Assembly: GCA_963665235.2 (NCBI GenBank)
Contig: CAXXLX010000001.1
Span: forward strand, 96,001-160,000
Length of the DNA stretch: 64,000 bases
Direction: 5' to 3'
From: Candidatus Poribacteria bacterium
GTDB lineage: Bacteria; Poribacteria; WGA-4E; WGA-3G
Shown here in pieces: positions 10,207 through 19,470 of the stretch. The position numbers and the translations under genes are program-made. The notes under the pieces are model-generated. The model was not told the origin of the DNA, searched no databases, and worked only from the letters and a program-made list of their open reading frames with translations. Each line of letters begins with the position of its first letter. Positions within the stretch are counted from its first letter, which is position 1.

Positions 10207-11600
10207 GGCATCCACCGGTTCTACAAGCTCGGATTTTAAGTCATTCAACGAAAGAACTTGCGGCTTCATGGGACTGAACAGGACAGCGTCAAGTAGCTCT
10301 TTCGCATGTTCAACATATTCTGTCTCCTTTTCACAAAGGAGAAAATATCTTTCATGGGCCAGTGCAACGTGTCCGACAGTCCCGCTACCGCCAAATGGGT
10401 CGAAAACCAGATCGCCTTTAAAGGAGTAAAATTGCACAATGCGTGCCGCTAATTCTGCTGGAAAAACTGCAGGATGAACCTTGTCTGTTGCTGGATTAAT
10501 ATGCCATAGGTTCGTTTTTTCATACTCTCCCTAACTTTGCTTGCCTCAACTGTTTCGTCGTCATATTGCCGAATATTCCAGTCAATTAACTTATCCGTTT
10601 TCTTTCGGTATACCATAACGCTTTCAGTGACAGAATTTGTCTTGTAACCGAGGGGTTTACGATGCTGAAAAAAGCCGCCGTTTCTGTTCTTTGCAGCGTA
10701 GTCAGGTTTCGTCCAAACGATGTCATCAATAAACTCCCATCCGATTTCGGTGAGGCGTGGGTGCATATCGTAAGGGATAGCATACCGCTTACTGGAATGT
10801 GCTCTACTGATACGTGGCACAATAACGGGAGACGTATTAAGCACGAAGAACCGTCCCTCTTTGGTAATACGATGCACCTCTTTGAAAACAGCCGTTAGCA
10901 GGTCAAGATAAGCCGCGTAACTCTGATAAATCGTGTAATCTCGAGCGTTGTAATACGGAGGGGAGGTGAAGGTAAGATGGATTGATTCGTCTGGGATTGT
11001 CTTTAGTACCTCTTGCACATCGGCATGGACAATCACATTTTTGAGTGTATCTGGACTAGCGGGGTGATGCTGGTCTTTCTTAACGTTTTGCGGTCGGGTG
11101 TGCTTCACTTGGCTAGCGAGATGCTCGCGAATGAGTTCGTTCGGATGTTCGCGTAGCGAGTCTAAAGCGGTTTGGACTTCGGGCTTCTCTTTAAAATAGA
11201 GTAACCCGCGCAGGGCTTGCAGGATAACCTTCGGATCGGAATCGGTAAGGGTCTGTATCAAAATCGGGAGTGCTTTCTCGCTTCTCATACGTCCAATAGC
11301 AGAAATCGCCTCGCGGCGGGCAAACGTATTATTTTCAGCGGCTGCGAATTGTGAGAGCTCCGTTAAAAACCTTTCGTTTCTGAGTTTGCCAACATTTTTT
11401 ACGGCGAGTAAGCGAATTTTCGGATTCGTATGCGTGAGTAAAGGGACAAACAATTCGCCATTAAACCCTTCTGGCAACTTACCAAGGTTATCGAGCAGAG
11501 ACAATAGGGTGGATTCATCACGAGTCGGTGATAGGGCATTCTTGAAAAAGGGTGAGTTTAGATTTAACTTTTCTGCCTCAATTTGAGATTTCGTAAACAT
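10162..11600 (-). pseudogene. HEAT-repeat + N4/N6 DNA methyltransferase fusion with a frameshift near 10530
   Basis: N-terminal HEAT repeats; TSPPY in one ORF and DPFGGSGT in the next; adding one G to a G-run joins them into 479 aa. Confidence 0.8.
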
Positions 11601-11685
11601 GTTCTCTTGTTTCCCATGTCTATGATAATGTTAAGCCTCCGGCTCGGCTAGCAGTAAAAGCGTTTATCGTAGGTTAACAGTTTAT

Positions 11686-11763
11686 AGTAGGGCAATGAAT
11701 TACCCTACTACAACCATTAATTGTAGGCACGAACTCTGCTCGCGAAAGGCAAGCACGCCTACG
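11686..11763. repeat. GTAG-type REP hairpins
   Basis: GTAGGGCAATGAATTACCCTAC and GTAGGCACG...CACGCCTAC; related copies near 34231, 38165-38290, 5502 and 49563. Confidence 0.6.
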
Positions 11764-11767
11764 AAGT

Positions 11768-13021
11768 TTATTGAGATGATGGCGGCGGTTGAAACTCGCT
11801 CGCCTCCACATGATACAAGAAACCGATACACATCTCATCCGTTGTTTTGTCTCCCCATCCGACAGGAATAGGGGGACTATGCGGATTTGCCGGGTTTTTC
11901 TCCGAATTGTCGAAATGTGCAACTAATGAAACACGCGTCCCTGCGGGTAGGAAAATCGGCTCACGATAATGATAGATATCTTGCCAGTTGAAATCCCACT
12001 CCTGAATCCAGATTAGGTCAATCGGGTCGCCTTTAGGGGGTTTCGCAATAAGGCGCATGTCGCGTCCGAGCAGGTGCATGTGCGGCATCGTCGCTAACAG
12101 ATAGGTATCCCTTTTGAACCGCTTCCCGGCTTTGACTACATAGTTCGCGTCACCGGGGGGAATAGTGAATTCACTGTTGATTGCGGAGCTGATACGCAGT
12201 GCTGTTGTATTTGGGTTCTTGGAGAAATAGAGCCCCATGCGCGATTTGTCGCGTTCGACGTGTCCGGTGCGGTAGTAGTGCATCTGCAAGACAATATCCG
12301 CACCCTTCGGTAACAGATAACCAACACCGTCTGGCAAAACGTGAGGTGTCATGCCCGGTGCCCATCCCCCAAGTATTCCGGAGGATTCAAACCCTGGTCC
12401 GGTGCCTTCTGTGACATACCCCGGTTTCGGGTCTTGGGCATCCAATTTTCTGGCTTCCCCTTTCGTATCTAAGTAAGCGATGACGTGATGTACCGTCTTG
12501 CGATTGCCAGGTTCCACATCGACAGCTTGCACATAGGTATCGGTGTCAAAGTTTGTGGGTATGATAAAATGTCGGTATTCGTCTTCACCTTCCGGTTCGA
12601 TTTCATATTCGACAGGCATTTCAACGATATGGTCAGGTTCGCCAAGTTCCCATCCATCAGGGAATGCTGGAATGGGGGGAACTTTGGAGAGGTCGCCTGG
12701 CGGCGCGCCTGCTTCTGCCCACTCTGTTATCATGTTAATCTCTTTATCGGTGAGCCGGCGTTCGTTTTTGAAGGTACCGTAGCCGGGCGTAGGTTTCCAG
12801 GGTGGCATGAGACGTGCCTTCGTATATTCGGCGATTTCGGTTGCCCATGCTTTCGCATCAGCGTAGTCTGTGAGTGAGAAGGGGGCAACTTCGCCTTGCC
12901 GATGACAGGTTTGACACTGCCGCTGTAAGATGGGAGCAATATGCTCGCTATAGATCAACTCTGCCCGGATACTCGGTGCCAGAAGTGTTAAGGTGCTAAG
13001 TAAGATTAAAAGTTGTTTCAC
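11768..13021 (-). CDS. Secreted copper type II (PHM/DBH-like) monooxygenase with N-terminal cytochrome c motif
   Basis: Signal peptide, CQTCH, VHHVI, QMHY, PHMHLLG, DEMC. Confidence 0.85.
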   Translation of the reverse strand: MKQLLILLSTLTLLAPSIRAELIYSEHIAPILQRQCQTCHRQGEVAPFSLTDYADAKAWATEIAEYTKARLMPPWKPTPGYGTFKNERRLTDKEINMITEWAEAGAPPGDLSKVPPIPAFPDGWELGEPDHIVEMPVEYEIEPEGEDEYRHFIIPTNFDTDTYVQAVDVEPGNRKTVHHVIAYLDTKGEARKLDAQDPKPGYVTEGTGPGFESSGILGGWAPGMTPHVLPDGVGYLLPKGADIVLQMHYYRTGHVERDKSRMGLYFSKNPNTTALRISSAINSEFTIPPGDANYVVKAGKRFKRDTYLLATMPHMHLLGRDMRLIAKPPKGDPIDLIWIQEWDFNWQDIYHYREPIFLPAGTRVSLVAHFDNSEKNPANPHSPPIPVGWGDKTTDEMCIGFLYHVEASEFQPPPSSQ

Positions 13022-13152
13022 TGTTTGATGCTATCCTCCATTGCTGTGTTATTTTTTAATGAATTATACCGTACTTAAGCGTGAATGTCAAGGAAAAAAG
13101 TGCGGGAACTTTTCCTATTCCATAAAAGCACTTTCTTTCTACTGTTATAGCC

Positions 13153-14931
13153 TTAGGCATCAGGGTCCAATTCCTTTGCCTTTGCAAAGTCGGCTTCCGC
13201 TGCTTCGTGCTGTTCGAGTGCCTTTTTTGAAAGTCCACGGTCGTGATAGTATAGTGCTTTCTCCGGTATGAGTTGGATGCATTCACTGAAATCCTCAATT
13301 GCACCACTATGGTCACCGAGGGCAGCCTTCGCAGCACCACGGGTGTGATAACTAGCAGACCGGTATGTGGCATTCTTTATCTCCTCTAACCGTAAAGCCT
13401 CATCCCCATCAGATACCGCCTCTTGAAATAGTCTCTGTGCTTCCATCTCGTTTCCTTGTTCGGTTTCAAGTTTTCCGAGGAGATATTTCGCCCATCCCCT
13501 CTCATTATAAATTGGAACAGGTTCTGATTTCAGTCGAAGGGCTTCCGTCCAATCAGCTATTGCTGCTTCATAAAGTACATGCGCTGCTTCCATATCTCCC
13601 TGGTCGGTTTTGGATTGCCCGAATTCCCGCTTCGCAGTCGCTCGAATGTTGTATGAATCAGCATCTTCAGGGTTCAGCTGTATGGCGTTATCACAGTCTT
13701 CAATAGCTCCTTCAAAATCATCGAGATAGTATTTTGCTATGCCGCGACTGTTGTATGCTGCCGTGTATTCAGGATCTAGTGTGATAGCCTTATCATAGTC
13801 TTTTATAGCCCCCTCAAAGTCATCGAGATAACATTTTGCTGTGGCACGATTAATATACGTGCCAGTATGTTCAGGACTTAGTTTGATAGCTTTATCATAG
13901 TCTTTTACAGCCCCTCGAAAATCACCAAGTTCTCGCTTTGTTATGCCACGATTAGAATAAACACAAGCATCTCGAGGATTTAGTTTGAGAGCGTTATTAT
14001 AGTCTTTTATAGCCCCTCGAAAATCACCAAGTTCTCGCTTTGCCTCACCCCGTTTTAAGTAGGTGTCAACCAAATTGGGGTTCAGTAGAAGGGCGACATT
14101 GTAGTGTTCTATTGCCTTTTTAAGTTTCCCTGCCTCCCGTGCTATGTTGCCTAAATTTGTTTCGGTGTAGGCATGTATCTGTGGTCGCTTCCGCCACTCC
14201 GCTATGTGTTCGACTTGTCCTGAGTTCGCTAGTACCCTCTCCAGCACGGCTAACGGAATGACATTAGCGAAAGAATGAACACCGCCATCACCGTTATTTG
14301 ATCCTGGCTCCCTAAGAGAGACAAAAACGCCAATGACTTCACCTTTGCTGTTTAGCACAGGTCCGCCACTGTGTCCATCAACTTGTGTAGGAGGCACTTT
14401 TATTTTTATCTCGAATGCTTTGTTTTTATTATGTTTACTAGTAATGGTCCCGGCTATGCCTTTGTCGTAACCGACAATGTAAACCTGCTCACCATTCTCA
14501 AGCGCACCAATGTCTCCAAACGGAAGCGGTGTGCCTGTTTCAGCAACCTTTAGCAGCACAAGGTCGTTTTTGTCATTACACCCTACTACACCTTCAACTG
14601 TATGCGCTGTTACGACTTTGCTAAGTTCAGATTGCTTCGGTTGCCGGTTTAAGCCGCGGAATAACCGATGGAACAGGTTGTGAACTGCTTGAGAGATACG
14701 TTTAGAGATAGGCGTTTTTCCGATGTCAAGCTGTTTTGCGGTGATTGCTTTGATTTTGAAATTGGGTGCTCCTTCAATAATGTGAATGTTTGTGGCAATT
14801 TTGTCCGGGGCCACAAAAAAACCGCTTCCGCTTTGAATCGGCAACCCGATAAATTTGGTTTTCAGGCAAACAACAGATCCTTTACTGCTTTCAACGATTT
14901 TTTGGAGTGGAGCATCTTCTTTCGCTGTCAT
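13153..14931 (-). CDS. Trypsin-like serine protease with TPR repeats
   Basis: GSGFF, TNIH, NDLVLL, GHSGGP; C-terminal TPRs. Confidence 0.9.
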   Translation of the reverse strand: MTAKEDAPLQKIVESSKGSVVCLKTKFIGLPIQSGSGFFVAPDKIATNIHIIEGAPNFKIKAITAKQLDIGKTPISKRISQAVHNLFHRLFRGLNRQPKQSELSKVVTAHTVEGVVGCNDKNDLVLLKVAETGTPLPFGDIGALENGEQVYIVGYDKGIAGTITSKHNKNKAFEIKIKVPPTQVDGHSGGPVLNSKGEVIGVFVSLREPGSNNGDGGVHSFANVIPLAVLERVLANSGQVEHIAEWRKRPQIHAYTETNLGNIAREAGKLKKAIEHYNVALLLNPNLVDTYLKRGEAKRELGDFRGAIKDYNNALKLNPRDACVYSNRGITKRELGDFRGAVKDYDKAIKLSPEHTGTYINRATAKCYLDDFEGAIKDYDKAITLDPEYTAAYNSRGIAKYYLDDFEGAIEDCDNAIQLNPEDADSYNIRATAKREFGQSKTDQGDMEAAHVLYEAAIADWTEALRLKSEPVPIYNERGWAKYLLGKLETEQGNEMEAQRLFQEAVSDGDEALRLEEIKNATYRSASYHTRGAAKAALGDHSGAIEDFSECIQLIPEKALYYHDRGLSKKALEQHEAAEADFAKAKELDPDA

Positions 14932-14957
14932 AATAGGGCCCCTCCCGATAGGATAAC

Positions 14958-16100
14958 TTACTTTTGAGTGTTGGTGTCTAATTCCTTTGCCTTTTGGAAG
15001 TCAGCTTCTGCTGCTTCGTGCTGTCCGAGTGCTTTTTTCGCACGTCCCCGATTTCTGTATGTTGGCGCGTATTCAGGGTCTAGTTTGATAGCCCTATCGT
15101 AATCGGCTATTGCGCCTGCGAAATCATCAAGTTTGTACTTTGCTAAGCCGCGATTGTTATGTGCTGCGTCCTCCTCAGGGTTTAGTTTGATAGTCATATC
15201 GTAATCGGTTATTGCGCCCGTAAGATCGCCGAGCTCCTCCTTCGTATCAGCCCGTTTTAAGTAGGTTTCAGCCAAATTGGGGTTCAGTCGAAGGGCAGCG
15301 TCGTAGTATTCTATCGCCTTTTCAGGTTTCCCCGCTTTCAGTTCCCTGTTCCCTAAATCTGTTTTAGTGTAGGCACGTATCTGTGGTCGCTTCCGCCACG
15401 CCGCTATGCTTTCAACTTGTCCTGAGTTCGATAGTAACGGCTCCAACACGGTTAACGGGATGACCTTAACGAAAGAATGAACATCTCTATCCCCCTCATT
15501 TGATTTTGGTCCCCGAGCCGCGACAACAACGCCAATGACTTCACCTTCGCTGTTTAGCACAGGCCCGCCGCTGTGTCCATCAACCTGTGTATGAGGCCCG
15601 TTTATTCTTATCTGAAATTCTGTGTTTCTATTATTTTTACTAGAAATGGTTCCTGCTATGCCTTTGTATTGTGTGCGAGTGTACCCGACAATGTAAACCT
15701 GTTCATCACTTTCAACCGCGTCAATGTCTCCAAACGGAAGCGGCATGCCTGTTTCAGCGACCTTTAGCAGCACAAGGTCGTTTTTGTCATCATACCCCAC
15801 CACACCTTCAATCGTATACGCTGTTCCCGCTGAGCCCCGGAATAACCGATGGAACAGGTTGTGAACTGCCTGAGAGATACGATTAGAGATAGACGTTTTT
15901 CCGGGTATCCCTTCAATAACGTGAATGTTCGTGGCAATTTTGTCAATAACGTGAATGTTTGTGGCAATTTTATCTGGTGCTACAAAGAAACCGCTTCCGT
16001 TTTGAAGCGTCAACCCGATAAATTTGGTTTTCAGGCAAACAACAGATCCTTTACTGCTTTCAACAATTCTTTGGAGTAGGTCGTCTTTTTTCGCTGCCAT
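14958..16100 (-). CDS. Trypsin-like serine protease with TPR repeats
   Basis: Same triad motifs, about 4 TPRs, internal DKIATNIHVI duplication. Confidence 0.9.
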   Translation of the reverse strand: MAAKKDDLLQRIVESSKGSVVCLKTKFIGLTLQNGSGFFVAPDKIATNIHVIDKIATNIHVIEGIPGKTSISNRISQAVHNLFHRLFRGSAGTAYTIEGVVGYDDKNDLVLLKVAETGMPLPFGDIDAVESDEQVYIVGYTRTQYKGIAGTISSKNNRNTEFQIRINGPHTQVDGHSGGPVLNSEGEVIGVVVAARGPKSNEGDRDVHSFVKVIPLTVLEPLLSNSGQVESIAAWRKRPQIRAYTKTDLGNRELKAGKPEKAIEYYDAALRLNPNLAETYLKRADTKEELGDLTGAITDYDMTIKLNPEEDAAHNNRGLAKYKLDDFAGAIADYDRAIKLDPEYAPTYRNRGRAKKALGQHEAAEADFQKAKELDTNTQK

Positions 16101-16123
16101 AATAGCCCCCCCTATAGGATAAC

Positions 16124-18322
16124 TTACTTTTGAGTGTTGGGGTCTAATTCCTTTGCCTTTGCAAAGTCGGCTTCCGCTGCTTCGTGCTGTCCGAGGGCTT
16201 CTTTCGCCCGTCCCCGATTTTTGTATGCTGACGCGTATTTGGGTTTTAGTTTGATAGCACTATTGTAATCCGCTATTGCACCTTCATAATCATTAATCTG
16301 ATACTTCGCATACCCCCGATTGTGATATGCTGTGGCGTATTTAGGGTTAAGTTTGATAGCACTATCGTAATCGGCTATTGCACCTTCACAATCCCCGAGT
16401 TGCCGCTTCGCAAATCCACGCCAAAAGTATGCGTTATCATTTTTCGGATTGAGTTTTATTGCGTTATCATAGTCTTCAATAGACCCTTCAAAATCATCGA
16501 GTTTTCGCTTTGCCTCACCCCGATTTCTGTATGCTGACGCGTATTTAGGGTTAAGTTTGATAGCACTATCGTAATCGGTTATTGCCCCTTCATAATCATT
16601 AATCCTATACTTCGCGTACCCCCGATTGTTGTGTGCCGTGGCACATTCAGGGTTAAGTTTGATAGCACTATCGTAATCGGTTATTGCACCTTCACAATCC
16701 CCGAGTTGCCGCTTCGCAAATCCACGATGAGAGTATGCGCTATCATTTTCCGGATTGAGTTTGATAGCGTTATCATAGTCAGCGACTGCCCCTTGATAAT
16801 CCCCGAGTTCACCCTTCGTCTGCCCCCGATTAAAGTATGCGCTGGCATCTTCAGGATTGAGTTTGATAGCACTATCATAGTCGTCAATAGCCCCTTCAAG
16901 ATTGCCGAGTGCTTTTTTGGCAAGGCCCCTATTGTAATATGTGTCCGCTTTAGGATTGTGCTCGATAGCGTTATCATAGTCAGCGACTGCCCCTTGATAA
17001 TCCCCGAGTTCACCCTTCGTCTGCCCCCGATTAAAGTATGCCTTAGCATTTTCAGGATTGAGTTTGATGATTTTACTGTAATCGGCTATTGTCCCTGTAA
17101 AATCCCCGAGTTTCCGCTTCGCAACAGCCCGATTAAAGTATGCCTTAGCATCTTCAGGATTTAGCTCTATGGCGTTATTGTAATCCGATATTGCCCCTGC
17201 GAAATTATCCAGTTTGTACTTCGCAAGTCCCCGATTAAGGTATGCACTATCATATTCCGGGTTTAGGTCTATAGCTATATCGTAAGCGATTATTGCCCTT
17301 GCGAAATCATCGAGTTTGTACTTCGCAAGTCCCCGTCTGTTAAATTCCTTGGGAAATTCAGGGTCTAATTTGAGGCACAAGCTTCTAAGTTTGTCGGCGA
17401 GCTTCATTCTAGGCCTGATATAGAGCCCCCTTAGAAAAAATTTGACAATTTTCCACCTATCGGAGAGGAACACGCCAAAACCGGAAAAACTCAGTCGTTC
17501 TGCTTCAAGTTTGAGAGCCGCACGCGAATCAGCAAGTGCCTCATCATGTTTGCGTAAGGCACGCTTAACTTGTGCTCTGTTCATGTGAATTCCGGGAATA
17601 GCGGGATTGAGTTGAAGTGCTGTATCATAATGTGCTATTGCCGCCTTATACTCACCGTGTGCACGACCCTGCTCGGCGGCACCTGCTATTACATAAGCAT
17701 GTATCTGCGGATGCCTTTGCCACACATCAAGTGGTTCCACCGTTTGCGTCTCTGTGAGCAGAGGTTTGAGAACACTAGCGGAAACGGTTTTGCCTCTTTC
17801 TGGAGCTGGCGGAGCCACATATCCAGATTGCGCAACGGCGATGACTTCACCTTTACTATTTAGTACAGGCCCCCCACTATACCCCGGCCCTGCGGATGGC
17901 TTAAAATCTATCAAGAGACGTTTACTGCTATTCCGAACACTATGGACAGTTCCTTCTACGGTGGTCGCTTTTTTCTCAGGATACCCTATAAGACAGACGT
18001 TGTCCCCTTTTCGAACAGTGCTGCTATCCCCAAGCGGAAAGGGTGTCCCTTTTTCGGCAATCTTCAGAACGGCGATGTCGTTTTTGTCATCAAAGGCTAC
18101 AATCCCTTCAAAGGTATAGACTGTCTCTGTCTCAATGCACTTTACGGTAATCGCTGCAGCACCAGCAAGCACATGAATATTTGTGACAATTTTGTTTGGT
18201 GCTATGAAAAACCCACTGCCCCCGCCTACATTTTTATCATGATATTCTTTTTCCAAAAAAACCGTGGTGCCTGTGAGTCCTTCGGGTGACTGCTGAAGTG
18301 TGCTATCTTTTTGTTGTTCCAT
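16124..18322 (-). CDS. Trypsin-like serine protease with long TPR array
   Basis: TNIH, NDIAVL, GYSGGP and more than 10 TPRs; start reassigned to MEQQKD (AAGGA RBS). Confidence 0.9.
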   Translation of the reverse strand: MEQQKDSTLQQSPEGLTGTTVFLEKEYHDKNVGGGSGFFIAPNKIVTNIHVLAGAAAITVKCIETETVYTFEGIVAFDDKNDIAVLKIAEKGTPFPLGDSSTVRKGDNVCLIGYPEKKATTVEGTVHSVRNSSKRLLIDFKPSAGPGYSGGPVLNSKGEVIAVAQSGYVAPPAPERGKTVSASVLKPLLTETQTVEPLDVWQRHPQIHAYVIAGAAEQGRAHGEYKAAIAHYDTALQLNPAIPGIHMNRAQVKRALRKHDEALADSRAALKLEAERLSFSGFGVFLSDRWKIVKFFLRGLYIRPRMKLADKLRSLCLKLDPEFPKEFNRRGLAKYKLDDFARAIIAYDIAIDLNPEYDSAYLNRGLAKYKLDNFAGAISDYNNAIELNPEDAKAYFNRAVAKRKLGDFTGTIADYSKIIKLNPENAKAYFNRGQTKGELGDYQGAVADYDNAIEHNPKADTYYNRGLAKKALGNLEGAIDDYDSAIKLNPEDASAYFNRGQTKGELGDYQGAVADYDNAIKLNPENDSAYSHRGFAKRQLGDCEGAITDYDSAIKLNPECATAHNNRGYAKYRINDYEGAITDYDSAIKLNPKYASAYRNRGEAKRKLDDFEGSIEDYDNAIKLNPKNDNAYFWRGFAKRQLGDCEGAIADYDSAIKLNPKYATAYHNRGYAKYQINDYEGAIADYNSAIKLKPKYASAYKNRGRAKEALGQHEAAEADFAKAKELDPNTQK

Positions 18323-18490
18323 TTTTAAGATTTCCTTGCGGTTTGATAAGGCGGGTTTCCTGAAAAAGTGTCCCTCGCCATATATCCAGCACTGCACGTT
18401 GCTTGTTTTTAAGATTTCCTTGCGGTTTGATAAGGCGGGTTTCCTGAAAAAGTGTCCCTCGCCATATATCCAGCACTGCACGTTGCTTGT
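18322..18490. repeat. 84-bp tandem duplication of the 5' UTR/RBS
   Basis: Identical units 18322-18405 and 18406-18489. Confidence 0.95.
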
Positions 18491-18574
18491 GCTTACGCTC
18501 TTGAATTATGATTTCTAAGTTTTGTTCCCATATCCAATTATACATCAAATTCCGTATTTAATACAAAAAAAATC

Positions 18575-19051
18575 AGAGGTTTTCTACACTACCTCACACC
18601 TACGGGAGAGATTGCTTTAGAGGCATTGCTGGACAACTTTCGGGATTTTATTGTGCGTGCGGGTTTCAGGATTCTACAGGTGCCGGATACACCGCGTGAG
18701 TCTGTCGGGAGACTATTACTGCTATCCTATCTTGATCAGTTTGTGAAACTTGTCGGGGGTGTGATGCACATAGAGGTGCCAACGGGGCGGGGTCGGATGG
18801 ATTTGCTGATTACGCATGAACAAAAGAAATATATCGTTGAAACCAAGGTATGGCGCGGGGCGGTGTATTATGAGGCGGGCAAAAAACAGCTGGCGGCACA
18901 TATCAAAACAGAGGGGGCAGTAGAGGGGTATTATGTCGTCTTTGACCATCGGCGCACACCGATGCCGCTTGTGGAGACAGAGACAATTGATGGTGTCACA
19001 ATTCGAAGTTACGTCATCCCTGTGTTACGGGAACAGCCCTCCTCTGCTTAA
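18575..19051 (+). pseudogene. C-terminal fragment of an AAA-ATPase/PD-(D/E)XK nuclease protein
   Basis: GRGRMDLLI...IVETK, KKQLAAH, GYYVVFDHR; no N-terminal part or good start. Confidence 0.7.
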
Positions 19052-19147
19052 GGCATGTGCAATCCGCGCTTCTCACGAACTATAGACTCCATCATGCAAC
19101 AAAATTCGCGCCCGACATGCCTCGCTTACCTCTTTCTGCAAAAAAAT

Positions 19148-19177
19148 TTGACATTGCTATATAGCATGTGGTATCAT
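19148..19177 (+). promoter_or_regulatory. sigma70 promoter of the ileS leader
   Basis: TTGACA...TGGTATCAT (extended -10). Confidence 0.7.
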
Positions 19178-19224
19178 TTTAACAGACGCTTTTAGCGCAA
19201 ACTTTTATCAAATAGGATTATCGG

Positions 19225-19362
19225 ATGTTTTATCATACGCTCACCACATCGACATTGCAATACAAACACCCTGCGGATGCCACTGTTCTGCGGCAGTGCT
19301 CTCTTCGCGCCATAAACATAATTATTATTGCTATTGCTATTCGTCGCGCTGTGGTGGGTTAA
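19225..19362 (+). CDS. Ile-rich attenuator leader peptide, 45 aa (MFYHTLTTSTLQYKHPADATVLRQCSLRAINIIIIAIAIRRAVVG)
   Basis: AGGA RBS; 7 Ile in 10 consecutive codons directly upstream of ileS. Confidence 0.8.
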   Translation: MFYHTLTTSTLQYKHPADATVLRQCSLRAINIIIIAIAIRRAVVG

Positions 19363-19394
19363 TCGCAAGCAGATATAAACCGTCCTATTGAGAT

Positions 19395-19439
19395 GCCCAT
19401 CACTGAAAAAATCTATTTCGGTGATGGGTTTCGTTTTTT
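19395..19439 (+). terminator. Attenuator terminator hairpin
   Basis: GCCCATCACTGAAA / TTTCGGTGATGGGT stem plus U-rich tail; the left arm can alternatively pair with GTGGTGGGT (19351-19359). Confidence 0.8.
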
Positions 19440-19470
19440 AATAACTAAAGCTACATGAGGAGAATTTTGC

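Noticed and set aside
13153-18322. Diversity-generating retroelement acting on the TPR repeats
   Set aside because: No reverse transcriptase in the window and no adenine-specific TR/VR pair seen
18323-18481. N-terminal 28-aa repeat extension of the trypsin-TPR protein
   Set aside because: It arises from the 84-bp UTR duplication; the RBS supports a start at 18322
19180-19470. T-box riboswitch upstream of ileS
   Set aside because: No UGGNACC T-box motif was seen; the leader peptide explains the region
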